From a virus, in IMG/VR virus record IMGVR_UViG_3300002920_000044, positions 19,344 through 83,343 of that record: a stretch of 64,000 bases of DNA. The stretch is one strand, 5' to 3'. Within the stretch, counting starts at the first letter, position 1; each line of letters begins with the position of its first letter. The position numbers were made by a program, and so were the translations under genes. Positions 38,203 to 48,539 of this stretch are shown piece after piece. Below the pieces are notes generated by a model. That model worked only from the letters and a program-made list of their open reading frames with translations. It did not search any database and was not told where the DNA came from.

Positions 38203-39071
38203 ATAGATAACCAGGCTCTTTCTATGAAGTATACGACAGTAGCTATTGTAGCCAAGTCGTTGTTTTTTATCTTATCTATAGTTCCACTTTTGTCTTTAGA
38301 AAAGAAAGTGTTTAAATTTGTGCTATTGAATGAACCATTGTTAGTAATTCTTGAATCAGGGTCGTAATAATTAATAGTAGATATCAATGCGTTCAGTAGA
38401 ACTCTTTTAGCTATATCTTTATTTGTTTTTGGGTCGTCTAAGAAGTCCAGGATATCCTGGCGGCGTCGTAGTTTTCTATTTATCTTACGATTGTTAACAT
38501 TACCTTTGACCATATTGATTATCATGCTATCCAATTCAGCTTTAGCTTTTACTGCATGTTTCATCAAAAATGGGTTCAATCTTTTTAAGAGAGTGTCTCC
38601 TATGTCGCCAGTAGGAACAGTTCTAGTTTTAGGTTTTTTATAAAAGATACGATAAAATTCTTCGGCTTTACCAAGATAGGGTTTAATATATTTTAAAAGG
38701 TTTTTGATTCCACGGTCACCAATTGGAAAAGAATTCATGTCGTTTGTTACCATTACTCCGGCCCACCATTCTTCGTTTCCTACATAATTCGGATGTATAA
38801 CTACTGAACCATTTGTTCCTACGATTGCTATAGCTATTCCTTCTCTAAATTTAGTAGCAGTTAATCCTTTAATATCACCCCAAACTACTTTATCAACTTT
38901 TGTGATATCTCCGGCTTCATGTGAGAATATTTTATTTTGGTGAAGTTCTATGATAGCTTTACGCAATGCAGGATTGATATTGCTCCCAAAGTGACTAATA
39001 ATGTCACTGGATTCTAAAAGAACAGTGAAATATTTAGATAATAATGTACTTTCGTTAAGTTTTTTTCTCAT
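38199..39071 (-). CDS. Hypothetical protein, putative head-internal
   Basis: MRKKLNE|S...VLLE|S; tandem - strand late motifs at 39077 and 39087. Confidence 0.5.
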   Translation of the reverse strand: MRKKLNESTLLSKYFTVLLESSDIISHFGSNINPALRKAIIELHQNKIFSHEAGDITKVDKVVWGDIKGLTATKFREGIAIAIVGTNGSVVIHPNYVGNEEWWAGVMVTNDMNSFPIGDRGIKNLLKYIKPYLGKAEEFYRIFYKKPKTRTVPTGDIGDTLLKRLNPFLMKHAVKAKAELDSMIINMVKGNVNNRKINRKLRRRQDILDFLDDPKTNKDIAKRVLLNALISTINYYDPDSRITNNGSFNSTNLNTFFSKDKSGTIDKIKNNDLATIATVVYFIERAWLSI

Positions 39072-39124
39072 ATATCTATTTATATCTATTTATGCTTTTA
39101 GAAGCAAACAGGGAAACAAAACTA

Positions 39125-39153
39125 TTGAGAAGAGATTGATTATGATATATAAT
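39125..39153 (+). promoter_or_regulatory. Sigma70-type promoter for the replication operon
   Basis: TTGAGA-17 nt-TATAAT. Confidence 0.65.
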
Positions 39154-39176
39154 TGCACAGCAAATAAGGAGAATAT

Positions 39177-39431
39177 ATGTCGAGTAAATTTAACGCAGAA
39201 GCCGCACTAAAGCTTAAGCAAATTTTGAATGAAGGTATTGCTACTCTTCAGGAAGTTGAAACTTTGAATGAGAGTTTGAACGATACCATTAAGAATATTG
39301 CTACTGAATTAGAAATCAAACCCTCTGTCCTAAAGAAGGCCATTAAGATAGCTTATAAGCAGTCACTTGAAACTACCAACGAAGAAAACGCCGAACTTAA
39401 CGAAATTTTGGAAATTGCGGGTAAAGCATAA
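39177..39431 (+). CDS. Small dsDNA-binding protein (T4 DsbA / GapR-like)
   Basis: LNESLNDTIKNIATELEIKPSVLKKAIKIAYK helical pattern; 84 aa. Confidence 0.55.
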   Translation: MSSKFNAEAALKLKQILNEGIATLQEVETLNESLNDTIKNIATELEIKPSVLKKAIKIAYKQSLETTNEENAELNEILEIAGKA

Positions 39432-39436
39432 TATAA

Positions 39437-42145
39437 ATGTCATACGTTGATGCTATTTATGATTCTAGCAAAGAAAGAATCTATGTAGTAGAAAGAACCC
39501 CTGATGGTAAGAGAGAATACAAGGAATATCCAGTAAACTACGTATTTTACTATCCTGATCATAAGGGTAAGTATCGTAGTATTTACGGAGACAAACTTTC
39601 TCGCTTTTCTACTAGGAAAAAGCAAGATTTTGAAAAGGAAAAACGCATTCACGTAGGCAAAAAGCTGTATGAAAGCGATATCAACCCTGTGTTCAGGTGT
39701 TTAAGTGATAACTACTTAGATGTAGAACCCCCAAGACTTCATACATGCTTCTTTGACATTGAAGCGGACTTTGACCTCGAGAGGGGTTATGCTCCCACTG
39801 ACGATCCATTCAATCGTGTTACTGCGATAACTCTATACCTAGACTGGCTTGACCAAATTATAACACTGGCTCTTCCCCCTAGTTCAATGACTATGGAGAC
39901 TGCCAACGACCTTACTAAAGAGTTTGAAAATTGTCTACTCTTTGAGAGTGAGGTTGAAATGTTTGAAATGTTCTTTGCATTAATTGAAGATGCGGATGTT
40001 ATCACAGGCTGGAACAGTGAGGTATATGATATTCCTTACTGTGTCAATCGTGTTACCCGAATAATGAGTAAGGATGACACAAGAAAGTTCTGTTTACTTG
40101 ACCAGCTTCCCAGGATGCGCAAGTATGAACGTTTTGGTAAGGAAGAAACTACATACGACTTAGTAGGTCGAATTCATATGGACTATCTACAATTATACAA
40201 GAAATACAACTACGAAAGCAGACATAGTTATAGCTTAGATTATATTGGTGAAATGGAAGTAGATGAAAAGAAGACTCCATATGAAGGAAGCCTTCATCAG
40301 CTTTACAACCAAGACTTCAAGAAGTTTATTGAATATAATCGCCAAGATACCATGCTTATGGTTAAAATTCACAATAAGTTAAAGTTCCTAGACTTGGCTA
40401 ATGCTCTGGCTCATGAAAATACAGTTCTATTACCTACGGTTATGGGTTCAGTGGCTATGATTGAAATGGCTATTTACAACGAGGCCCATGCACGGGGGTT
40501 TGTTGTTCCTGATAAGAATAGAAGTGCAGAAGAAGAGCAACCAGCAGCTGGTGCTTACGTAGCAACCCCAATAAAAGGAATACACGAATGGGTAGGTGCA
40601 GTTGACATTAACTCACTATATCCATCTACGATCAGAGCATTGAACATGGCCCCTGAAACAATTATTGGTCAGGTTAGGCAAACCCTCACAGACAAATACA
40701 TTCAGGAAAAGGCTGTTAAGTTGGCCAAGAACAAGCGTAAGAAACGTAATAGTGATGACATAGATGTAGTGACCGGCGCAATTCTTTGGGAAGGGTTGTT
40801 TGGTTCGTTAGAATATACCGCCATTATGAACCAAGAACGAGGCACAATTCTCACTATTGACTATGAGGACGGCACAAGTGAAGAAAAGAGTGCGGCTGAA
40901 ATTTGGAAAATGATATTTGATAGCAACAACCCTTGGATGTTGTCTGCTAATGGCACAATCTTTACATATGAAAAAGAGGGAGTAATTCCCGGTTTGTTGA
41001 GTAGGTGGTATACAGAACGTAAGAGTATCCAGAAACAAGCAAAGGAAGCTTATGGAACTGGTATGTATGAATACTATGATAAGCGGCAACTTGTTAGAAA
41101 AATTCTTCTTAACTCAGCGTATGGCGCTCTTTTGAATGCCCACTGTAGATATTATGATAGACGTATTGGGCAGAGTGTTACGTTGACAGGTAGACAAATT
41201 GTAAAGCATATGATGAGTCAAATTAATGAAATCATTACTGATCAATATCAACATGACGGTGATGCTATTATTTATGGAGATACTGACAGTTGTTACTTTA
41301 CAATTTATCCAATGATAAAAGAACAAGTTGAAAAGGGCGAAATAAACTGGTCTAAAGAAGCCTGCATCAAACTCTATGACAATATTGCAGATGAAGTTAA
41401 TGACTCTTTCCCAGCGTTTATGGAACGTGCATTTCACTGTCCAAGAAAAAATGGGGCAATTATTAAGGCTGGAAGAGAACTAATCGGTGATCGTGCGCTG
41501 TTCATTGCCAAGAAACGTTACGCTATCAATATCTTCGATCATGAAGGAAAGCGTCAAGACATTGGTAAGTCTGGTAAGATTAAAGCTATGGGATTGGATC
41601 TCAAGAGAGCAGATACTCCCAAGTATGTTCAGAACTTCTTGATGGAAGTTCTTGGTATGACACTAGCTGGTCATGAAAGGGATGAGATTGTTGAGAAAAT
41701 TAGAAACTTCAAAAAATGGCTAAGCGAACAAGACAGTTGGACAAAAGGCTCTCCAAAAAGTGTCAACAAGCTTACTTATTATCATGAACAAGAAATTAAG
41801 AGCAAAACTGGTAAGGCAAATATGCCTGGCCATGTTAGAGGAGCATTGAACTACAACTATTTACGAAAAATGAATGGAGACAATTACAGCCAAAAAATTG
41901 TTGATGGTATGAAGGTTGTTGTATGTTCATTAAAGCCAAACCCTCTTGGATTTACAAGTATAGCCTACCCAACTGACGAACTAAGACTGCCCGAGTGGTT
42001 CAAAAAACTTCCGTTTGATGATGTCGATATGGAAGAAAAGCTAGTTGATAAAAAGATTGACAATTTGCTTGGTGTGCTTAACTGGCAGATTAATGAAGAT
42101 ATCATGACTAATAGTTCGGTCAACGACTTATTCAGTTTCGGATAA
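39437..42145 (+). CDS. Family B DNA polymerase (T4 gp43-like) with 3'-5' exonuclease
   Basis: FFDIEAD, GWNSEVYDIPY, YNRQD, DINSLYPS, KILLNSAYG, YGDTDS, KKRY and KAMGLDLKRADTP. Confidence 0.96.
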   Translation: MSYVDAIYDSSKERIYVVERTPDGKREYKEYPVNYVFYYPDHKGKYRSIYGDKLSRFSTRKKQDFEKEKRIHVGKKLYESDINPVFRCLSDNYLDVEPPRLHTCFFDIEADFDLERGYAPTDDPFNRVTAITLYLDWLDQIITLALPPSSMTMETANDLTKEFENCLLFESEVEMFEMFFALIEDADVITGWNSEVYDIPYCVNRVTRIMSKDDTRKFCLLDQLPRMRKYERFGKEETTYDLVGRIHMDYLQLYKKYNYESRHSYSLDYIGEMEVDEKKTPYEGSLHQLYNQDFKKFIEYNRQDTMLMVKIHNKLKFLDLANALAHENTVLLPTVMGSVAMIEMAIYNEAHARGFVVPDKNRSAEEEQPAAGAYVATPIKGIHEWVGAVDINSLYPSTIRALNMAPETIIGQVRQTLTDKYIQEKAVKLAKNKRKKRNSDDIDVVTGAILWEGLFGSLEYTAIMNQERGTILTIDYEDGTSEEKSAAEIWKMIFDSNNPWMLSANGTIFTYEKEGVIPGLLSRWYTERKSIQKQAKEAYGTGMYEYYDKRQLVRKILLNSAYGALLNAHCRYYDRRIGQSVTLTGRQIVKHMMSQINEIITDQYQHDGDAIIYGDTDSCYFTIYPMIKEQVEKGEINWSKEACIKLYDNIADEVNDSFPAFMERAFHCPRKNGAIIKAGRELIGDRALFIAKKRYAINIFDHEGKRQDIGKSGKIKAMGLDLKRADTPKYVQNFLMEVLGMTLAGHERDEIVEKIRNFKKWLSEQDSWTKGSPKSVNKLTYYHEQEIKSKTGKANMPGHVRGALNYNYLRKMNGDNYSQKIVDGMKVVVCSLKPNPLGFTSIAYPTDELRLPEWFKKLPFDDVDMEEKLVDKKIDNLLGVLNWQINEDIMTNSSVNDLFSFG

Positions 42146-42153
42146 TAAAAACT

Positions 42154-42182
42154 TTGACTATCCGCAGCAATTTTATTATAAT
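42154..42182 (+). promoter_or_regulatory. Sigma70-type promoter upstream of the clamp and modification genes
   Basis: TTGACT-17 nt-TATAAT. Similar elements at 57340 (TTGATT-17-TATAAT), 59165 (TTGACT-17-TAAAAT) and 62809 (TTGACT-17-TATAAC). Confidence 0.75.
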
Positions 42183-42223
42183 TACATAATAAAAACCTAA
42201 ATAAAGTAATAAAGGAATTTAGA

Positions 42224-42955
42224 ATGAAAGATCACTTATTAGATTTGATACAATACACACATGGCTTGGGCGTAATTGACCTTGTAAAGATTGAAGGAAC
42301 TTTAACTGAGACTAATATATCTGCATATTCTGACGACAAAAGCGTAATAGTGCAGGGTAGGTTCAATGAGGCAATTACTGATTTTGAGGGCACTTTTGGT
42401 ATGCCTAACTTGGCAAAGCTCAGGACAATTGTCAATTTTGATGATTATGATGATAATAGTATAATCACAGTTGTGAAGGAACAGCGAGATGGACAGGATG
42501 TTCCCGCAGCTATTCACTTTGAAACATCAGCTAAGGATTTTATCAATGACTATCGCTTAATGTCTAAAGCAGTGGTTCAAGATAAAGTAAAGAAGGTTTC
42601 CTTTAAGGGAGCAAATTGGAATGTAGAATTTGAGCCAACTATCCCTGGAATTATGCGTCTGAAAAAGCAGGCTCAGGCTAATAGCGAAGAAGATACCTTT
42701 AAGGTCAAGACCGACGGCACAGACTTGAAGGTATATTTTGGTGATCATTCAACACACTCTGGAAACTTTGTTTTTCAAACTAATATCAACGGTACATTGA
42801 CTAAGCCCTGGAAGTGGCCCGTAAAAGTATTCTTGGCTATAATGGACCTTCCTGGTAAAAAGACTGTTCGTTTCAGTGACGATGGAGCAGCCGAAATTGT
42901 AGTTGAGAGTGGTTTTGCAACTTATACTTATCTACTACCGGCGCTTACAAAATGA
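42224..42955 (+). CDS. Sliding clamp (T4 gp45-like)
   Basis: 243 aa, alternating beta/alpha pattern, C-terminal YTYLLPA, directly downstream of PolB; cognate clamp loader present at 15304. Confidence 0.65.
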   Translation: MKDHLLDLIQYTHGLGVIDLVKIEGTLTETNISAYSDDKSVIVQGRFNEAITDFEGTFGMPNLAKLRTIVNFDDYDDNSIITVVKEQRDGQDVPAAIHFETSAKDFINDYRLMSKAVVQDKVKKVSFKGANWNVEFEPTIPGIMRLKKQAQANSEEDTFKVKTDGTDLKVYFGDHSTHSGNFVFQTNINGTLTKPWKWPVKVFLAIMDLPGKKTVRFSDDGAAEIVVESGFATYTYLLPALTK

Positions 42956-43155
42956 TTGCACATGTAGTATCTAAACTATATTGTCACCTAATAGAATGAT
43001 ACAGAAAGTTTCAAGAATAAACTCAGGATGTGCTGAAGTATTTATAGGAAATAGCTGGGTTATACTGTCTAGTGGTAGTATAGGCGTGGGATAAAGTCTA
43101 GAAGCCCAAAGTCTTTTAGGTTGGGTATGTAAAAAGAAACAACAAGAAGAAAAAT

Positions 43156-44718
43156 TTGAAAGAGATGATTAATCAAGTAAATCTTTCTGAAAAACATAAT
43201 TCTGAATGGGCATTATTCTTGCCAGCACTATCTTCTTTTTATATTGCAGGATTGGGCAAACAGAGAGAGGGTGAGGAATATTTTGAAAAAAATCGTATTC
43301 CCCAAGCCTTCCCCAACAACAGTGTAGAATGTTTGAACTTCTTGAATAGCAAAGAAGGGCTGTATACTTATAAGTGGGCACTCTACTCAGCAGGTCACGC
43401 CAATTTAGATATTACCAAAGATGACGCTAATGAAAGCATTATCAGAAAGAGAGAAAAAGGAACCTTTTTGTTGGGGGATTCGGGAGGGTTTCAAATACTT
43501 AAGTGTCAATGGCCGGCTGATTGGAAAGATCCTAACTGCCCCCGTGCAATGAAAAAGCGTCAACAAGTTCTTACTTGGATGGATGAATACATGGACTATG
43601 GCATGTGTTTAGACATTCCTTCACAATCATTAACAACTTATCATATTATAGATAAAAAAACTGGTAGATCTGCGCACGGCATTAAGACAATTCAAGATGC
43701 GATTACTGCTACACATATCAATAATGAATACTTTATTAACAATCGTGACGGTCGTTGTAAGTTTTTAAACGTTTTACAAGGTCGTAATCATAAGCAGTCT
43801 GATGACTGGTATAATGAAATGAAAAAGTATTGCGATAAACGTATATATGGTGATAAAGCATTTAATGGGTGGGCGCTAGGTGGACAAAACAAAATTGACA
43901 TTCACCTAATGCTTAAAAGACTAGTCAACATTATTCATGATGGATTTTTAGAGCCCGGTGAACAGGATTTGATTCACTGCCTAGGTACTAGCATTATGGA
44001 GTATGCTTTACTTTTTACTGATATACAGAAGGCTATCAGGAAATATCACAACCCTAATCTACAAATCACATACGACTGTGCAAGCCCATTCTTTGCGGCT
44101 GCTAAGGGTCTAGCCTATTACAACAACACGTTTGGGCATGATACCAAGTGGACGTATGCTATGGAAAAGACTGCCGAAGATAAGAAGTATGCAAGTGATA
44201 CTAGGAAATTTAGTGACGGATGTTTAGAAGACGGTATTCATGCTAAATTCACTGACAGTCCCGTAACTGATTTACTAATGATGAAGGATATTTGCTATCG
44301 TGGCCATGGCTTTATAGGTCAGCACGGTAAAGAAACTAAAACAAGCTGGGACACATTATCATATACTCTAATACAATCGCATAACGTATACCAGCATATA
44401 TCGGCTGTCTTAGAAGCCCAAAAACGTTATCAACAGGGCGAAAAGCCCTCGATGCTTCATCACAACTATCTTAACTTCAGTGAGATTATTGACGAAATTT
44501 TCTCAATGAAAAATCAACAGAAAAGCCTAGATATGATTGACAAATACGACAGACTTTGGCAACAGTTTAAGGCAGGCCAGGGCTTTAGCGGTAAGAAAGC
44601 AGTCAACGCACATACTCAATTTTCTAACCTGTTTGAGTTCGCAGAAGACGTATCTGATCCAGAATTTGATGAAGAAATTATCGATAGTGATGATTTAATG
44701 ACAGAAGTTATAGATTAA
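43156..44718 (+). CDS. dpdA: TGT-fold DNA guanine transglycosylase, DpdA-like
   Basis: LGDSGGFQ, CLDIP, NVLQG, GWALGG, IHCLG and YDCASP retain the TGT catalytic Asp positions; FolE, QueD and QueE lie nearby. Confidence 0.75.
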   Translation: MKEMINQVNLSEKHNSEWALFLPALSSFYIAGLGKQREGEEYFEKNRIPQAFPNNSVECLNFLNSKEGLYTYKWALYSAGHANLDITKDDANESIIRKREKGTFLLGDSGGFQILKCQWPADWKDPNCPRAMKKRQQVLTWMDEYMDYGMCLDIPSQSLTTYHIIDKKTGRSAHGIKTIQDAITATHINNEYFINNRDGRCKFLNVLQGRNHKQSDDWYNEMKKYCDKRIYGDKAFNGWALGGQNKIDIHLMLKRLVNIIHDGFLEPGEQDLIHCLGTSIMEYALLFTDIQKAIRKYHNPNLQITYDCASPFFAAAKGLAYYNNTFGHDTKWTYAMEKTAEDKKYASDTRKFSDGCLEDGIHAKFTDSPVTDLLMMKDICYRGHGFIGQHGKETKTSWDTLSYTLIQSHNVYQHISAVLEAQKRYQQGEKPSMLHHNYLNFSEIIDEIFSMKNQQKSLDMIDKYDRLWQQFKAGQGFSGKKAVNAHTQFSNLFEFAEDVSDPEFDEEIIDSDDLMTEVID

Positions 44719-44789
44719 CCAAAACAATTGAATAATAACTAAAGAACTATTAAGATAATAATTATCGACAACAACTAAAGTTAGCACAA

Positions 44790-45194
44790 ATGGATAATAC
44801 AAACAGAAACATAAGTAATTGTAAAAGAATGATTTGGGTCACTTTTCAGAAAGAAGGAATACATAAATATCCCGAAGCCATTAATGATCCTTTAATAGCC
44901 ACCGGTGATGAATATGACGTTAGTTTTTTGGGTTACCCACATCGTCATATATTTCATTTCAAAGTAGCTATCCAAGTAGATCACTCTAACAGAGATATAG
45001 AATTTATACAATTTAAACGGTGGTTGGAAAATCTTTATGGCAACAAAATATTAAACCTGGATTTTAAGTCATGTGAGATGATAGCAGAAGATTTATATAG
45101 AATTATTTCTACCAAATATCCTAATAGAGAAATTCAAATATCAGTTAGTGAAGACGGTGAAAATGGTGCTGAGCTAACCTTTACTCTACCATAA
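44790..45194 (+). CDS. QueD/PTPS-like T-fold paralogue (candidate DpdL-type)
   Basis: GIHKYP...YPHRHIFHFKV...RDIEFIQFKRWL...SCEMIAEDL...VSVSEDGENG; has the HxH metal motif but lacks the QueD CxxxHG motif. Confidence 0.65.
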   Translation: MDNTNRNISNCKRMIWVTFQKEGIHKYPEAINDPLIATGDEYDVSFLGYPHRHIFHFKVAIQVDHSNRDIEFIQFKRWLENLYGNKILNLDFKSCEMIAEDLYRIISTKYPNREIQISVSEDGENGAELTFTLP

Positions 45195-45271
45195 AGATGT
45201 TCTATAATAATAGAAAACTTGACCCTTTTAATTAAAATCAAATAATATTAACACATTATGGAGAAAATAAA

Positions 45272-45487
45272 ATGTCAACCGACAAAACAGTAGCACAGAT
45301 TTTTGATGACCTAGATAATCTACGTAAATTTTGTGTAGAATTTGGTTATAAATTCAATGAAAAGGATTTGTATGATAAGAAGTCATATATCTTCAAGCAA
45401 TTTCAGAAATTCCAAACTGGAAAAAAGGTCAAGAATCAGTGGGACATTGACAAAGCCAACTTCAAAGCCAAGCAGTTAGGTATTTAA
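45272..45487 (+). CDS. Small hypothetical protein in the modification cluster
   Basis: 71 aa, GGAG RBS, between the QueD paralogue and a glycosyltransferase. Confidence 0.6.
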   Translation: MSTDKTVAQIFDDLDNLRKFCVEFGYKFNEKDLYDKKSYIFKQFQKFQTGKKVKNQWDIDKANFKAKQLGI

Positions 45488-45488
45488 T

Positions 45489-46670
45489 ATGAGAACGTTG
45501 TTTTATTGCCAACTTGAACCGTATAATTCTCGGTACACTCTTCAACTTACAGAATGGAATCGTAGGGTCTTTGAACGTAGAAATATCAATGTAGTATATG
45601 TTCCGGGCGAAACTCTTGATTCTAGTCAACAGATTAGTGTTGGACAGGTTCTTGATGCTCATGGCAGGTCATACTTTGCTATGAGTCAAATAATGAACTT
45701 GGTAAAGATGATGCGCGAGGGCAAGGTTACTTCTGAGGATGTGATTTTCTTTGAAGATATGTTTCATCCAGGTTTTGAATCCTTACCTTACATTATTAAC
45801 CAAATACCTGAAACAATGCGTCCTAGAATCTATGTACGCTGTCTGGCACAAACCATTGACCCTGATGATTTTATTCATGTATGGAACATGGATCGTTGGA
45901 TGCGACAGTATGAAAAAATGGTTTGTTCCAGTGTAACGGCTATTTTAGCTAGCAATGAAGAAATGGTAGCTAATATGAAGGTTGCTGGTTGGGACGTTCC
46001 CATTTATAATGTAAGTGGTCTTGCGTTCAACATTGATGAGGTTCTTGAGCGAGTTGATAACTACGTAGTTCCCTTTTCTTCTAGAAGGATGAGAGTAGTA
46101 TTTGGTGCAAGATGGGATCAAGAAAAGCAACCTGATTTCTATATGGATTTGATTGAAGCCTGGAACGAAAAGTTCCCAAGCAAAGAAGTTGAGTTTGTGT
46201 TGTGCAGCGGCAGCAAACTCAAGTCTAATAATAGTTCATATATGGAGAGAACACGGTGTATGGCAGAAAGCGGCAAGCTTATCATTTATGATAACCTACA
46301 GAAAAACCAGTACTATGAAATCTTAAATAATTCCAGAGTATTATTTAACTGTGCATTACAGGACTGGACTAGTAATACAGTAAGTGAAGCAGACGCTTTG
46401 GGTTGTAACGTCCTATTTCCGGCATATCGTTCCTTCCCTGAAATATTCGCTAATGACTACGAAAGAATGTATATACCTTGGTCTATAGATGACGCCATCA
46501 ATAAGCTTGACAATCTTTTAAAGAAGCCCCATAAGAACATGGGCAAAATTAGTAATTGGACAAATGGCACTGTTGACCGTATTTGTGATATTCTTGAGGG
46601 AAACGGCGAACAATGGCGAAGAAATACTACTGATTATCGCAAACACATAAGAGAGTATAAATATCAATGA
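45489..46670 (+). CDS. GT-B fold glycosyltransferase
   Basis: VFGARWDQEKQP...LFNCALQDWTSNTVSEADALGCNVLFPAYRSFPE resembles the GT4 nucleotide-sugar-binding E-x7-E region. Confidence 0.7.
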   Translation: MRTLFYCQLEPYNSRYTLQLTEWNRRVFERRNINVVYVPGETLDSSQQISVGQVLDAHGRSYFAMSQIMNLVKMMREGKVTSEDVIFFEDMFHPGFESLPYIINQIPETMRPRIYVRCLAQTIDPDDFIHVWNMDRWMRQYEKMVCSSVTAILASNEEMVANMKVAGWDVPIYNVSGLAFNIDEVLERVDNYVVPFSSRRMRVVFGARWDQEKQPDFYMDLIEAWNEKFPSKEVEFVLCSGSKLKSNNSSYMERTRCMAESGKLIIYDNLQKNQYYEILNNSRVLFNCALQDWTSNTVSEADALGCNVLFPAYRSFPEIFANDYERMYIPWSIDDAINKLDNLLKKPHKNMGKISNWTNGTVDRICDILEGNGEQWRRNTTDYRKHIREYKYQ

Positions 46671-47050
46671 TTACTAGAGAAAACTGGAAAGGCTATGTAG
46701 GTTATCAGCCTGTGTCAAAACCTGATTCACAAAAGGCAATAATCTCATACCTAGATTTTGCTTCTAGTAGCACAAACAGCATGGAATTTCGTATAAATTC
46801 AACCAAAATTCCTGTTGATCAAATTACATTGACAGAGGATGAACTGGTCATAGAAATAAACTCACAGTTAAGAGCTTTTGGCACTGTCAAACTTTCTGAA
46901 GGGCAGTTGAGAGAAAACGAGTTAATTAGAGCAAAGAATAGCTGTGATCAGAAAAACTGCCAGGGTAAGCCAAATATAAACATCAGCAATATCTGGTTTT
47001 ATAAGGGAAAACAAGATATGGATGCTCCTCACATTGTAACCGAGCACTAG
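46667..47050 (+). CDS. Hypothetical protein
   Basis: 127 aa ORF coupled to the GT gene. Confidence 0.5.
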   Translation: MITRENWKGYVGYQPVSKPDSQKAIISYLDFASSSTNSMEFRINSTKIPVDQITLTEDELVIEINSQLRAFGTVKLSEGQLRENELIRAKNSCDQKNCQGKPNINISNIWFYKGKQDMDAPHIVTEH

Positions 47051-47195
47051 AACAAGTTTTATCTATTCAAACATCCAAAGTTTGGTAATTACAGATTCAT
47101 AATAGAAAATGAAACAATATAAGTCAGAGATAATTATTACTGGAGAAACAGATGAATTTTGAGATTCTGTTTCAGATAAGTGTTAGAGAGAAGCA

Positions 47196-48257
47196 ATGAA
47201 GGTTGAAGCAGTTACTAAGTTAGACTTTGGCAATGTTCTTATAAAACCCAGATACTCTACTTTAAAGAGCAGAAAAGACGTTAATTTGAATGTAACTTAT
47301 ACTTTCAAGCACTCAGGAATAACTTGGACAGGCATCCCCATTATAGCAGCAAATATGGACGGTGTGGGGACTGTTGAAATGGCAATAGCCCTTCAAAAAA
47401 TGAATATGCTTACTGCATTAGTAAAAACCACCCAAGAAATACCAATAGAGCTTAACCATAACAATTATGTCATAAGTACTGGAATTAATAAGAACGACTA
47501 CGAAAGACTTAAAGTTTTAATGTCCTCTGCAACAGAACATAGATTTATCTGTATTGATGTTGCTAATGGCTATAGTCAGAATTTTCTCAATTATATTTCT
47601 AAGGTAAGAGAAAAATATAAGACTTTAGTTACTATCATGGCAGGTAACGTAGTCACGCCAGAAATGGCACAGATGGTTATTAATGCTGGAGCTGATATTG
47701 TTAAGATAGGTATTGGTTCGGGGGCGGTATGCACAACTCGTATTCAAACAGGCATAGGATACCCCCAACTTTCGGCTATAATAGAATGTAGAGAAGCAGT
47801 GCACCAACTTAGTGCTCATATCATATCAGACGGCGGTTGTACCTGCCCGGGTGATGTAGCTAAGGCGTTTGGTGCAGGCGCTGATTTCGTTATGCTTGGA
47901 TCGTTGTTCGCAGGGCACAATGAGGGCGGGGGAGAAATAATTTCAAAATCTTTCCGAACAAACCATTATGTAAAGGGAGTACAGCAATGGAACAACGAAG
48001 ATTATGTACAATTTTACGGTATGAGCAGCGAGACAGCTATGAAGAAGCATCACGGGGGCGTAGAAGATTATCGTAGTAGTGAGGGCAGAACAATAGAAGT
48101 TAAGTATAAAGGTCCGGTAGAAAATACAGTTAAAGATTTGCTCGGTGGAATTCGTAGTAGCTGTACTTACGTAGGAGCCAAAAATCTATCAGAGTTGTAT
48201 GATAAGACTACATTTATTAAAGTGAATAAACAATTTAATGAGTTATTTGTCAAATAA
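47196..48257 (+). CDS. guaC: GMP reductase
   Basis: KPRYSTLKSRKDV, PIIAANMDGVG, CIDVANGYS, GIGSGAVCTTR..TGIGYPQLSA, DGGCTCPGDVAKAFG, FYGMSS and YRSSEG. Confidence 0.93.
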   Translation: MKVEAVTKLDFGNVLIKPRYSTLKSRKDVNLNVTYTFKHSGITWTGIPIIAANMDGVGTVEMAIALQKMNMLTALVKTTQEIPIELNHNNYVISTGINKNDYERLKVLMSSATEHRFICIDVANGYSQNFLNYISKVREKYKTLVTIMAGNVVTPEMAQMVINAGADIVKIGIGSGAVCTTRIQTGIGYPQLSAIIECREAVHQLSAHIISDGGCTCPGDVAKAFGAGADFVMLGSLFAGHNEGGGEIISKSFRTNHYVKGVQQWNNEDYVQFYGMSSETAMKKHHGGVEDYRSSEGRTIEVKYKGPVENTVKDLLGGIRSSCTYVGAKNLSELYDKTTFIKVNKQFNELFVK

Positions 48258-48268
48258 AGGAAACTATT

Positions 48269-48538
48269 ATGATGACTATCGACGAAGTATTTGAAGAAAT
48301 AAAAAGAGAAAGAGCATACCAAGAAAACAAGTGGGGCAATTTTGAGCAACATCCTCAGTCTTTGCCCGGGTATCTTTTGATTATGAAAAAAGAATTAGAA
48401 GAGGCCGAAGACGGCTGGATGAAAAACTCAACAGGCAGAAACCATGTATTACACGAAATTTTGCAAGTAGCTACTGTTGCAATTGCCTGCTTAGAGGAAC
48501 ATGGAAATAAAAGTTATTTGGGAAACAGCGATAAATAA
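48269..48538 (+). CDS. MazG-like all-alpha NTP pyrophosphatase
   Basis: ERAYQENKWG...KELEEA...HEILQVATVAIACLE (ExxE...ExxQ pattern). Confidence 0.5.
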   Translation: MMTIDEVFEEIKRERAYQENKWGNFEQHPQSLPGYLLIMKKELEEAEDGWMKNSTGRNHVLHEILQVATVAIACLEEHGNKSYLGNSDK

Positions 48539-48539
48539 A

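Noticed and set aside
40640-40980. Possible intein in the DNA polymerase insertion
   Set aside because: The insertion of about 110 aa lacks Cys/Ser-start and His-Asn-end splice motifs and any LAGLIDADG blocks.
43156-44718. Ordinary tRNA-guanine transglycosylase for queuosine
   Set aside because: It lacks the C-terminal CxCxxC zinc site of bacterial Tgt, is much longer and divergent, and sits beside the clamp and polymerase, so DNA-acting DpdA is favoured. The tRNA option is not experimentally excluded.
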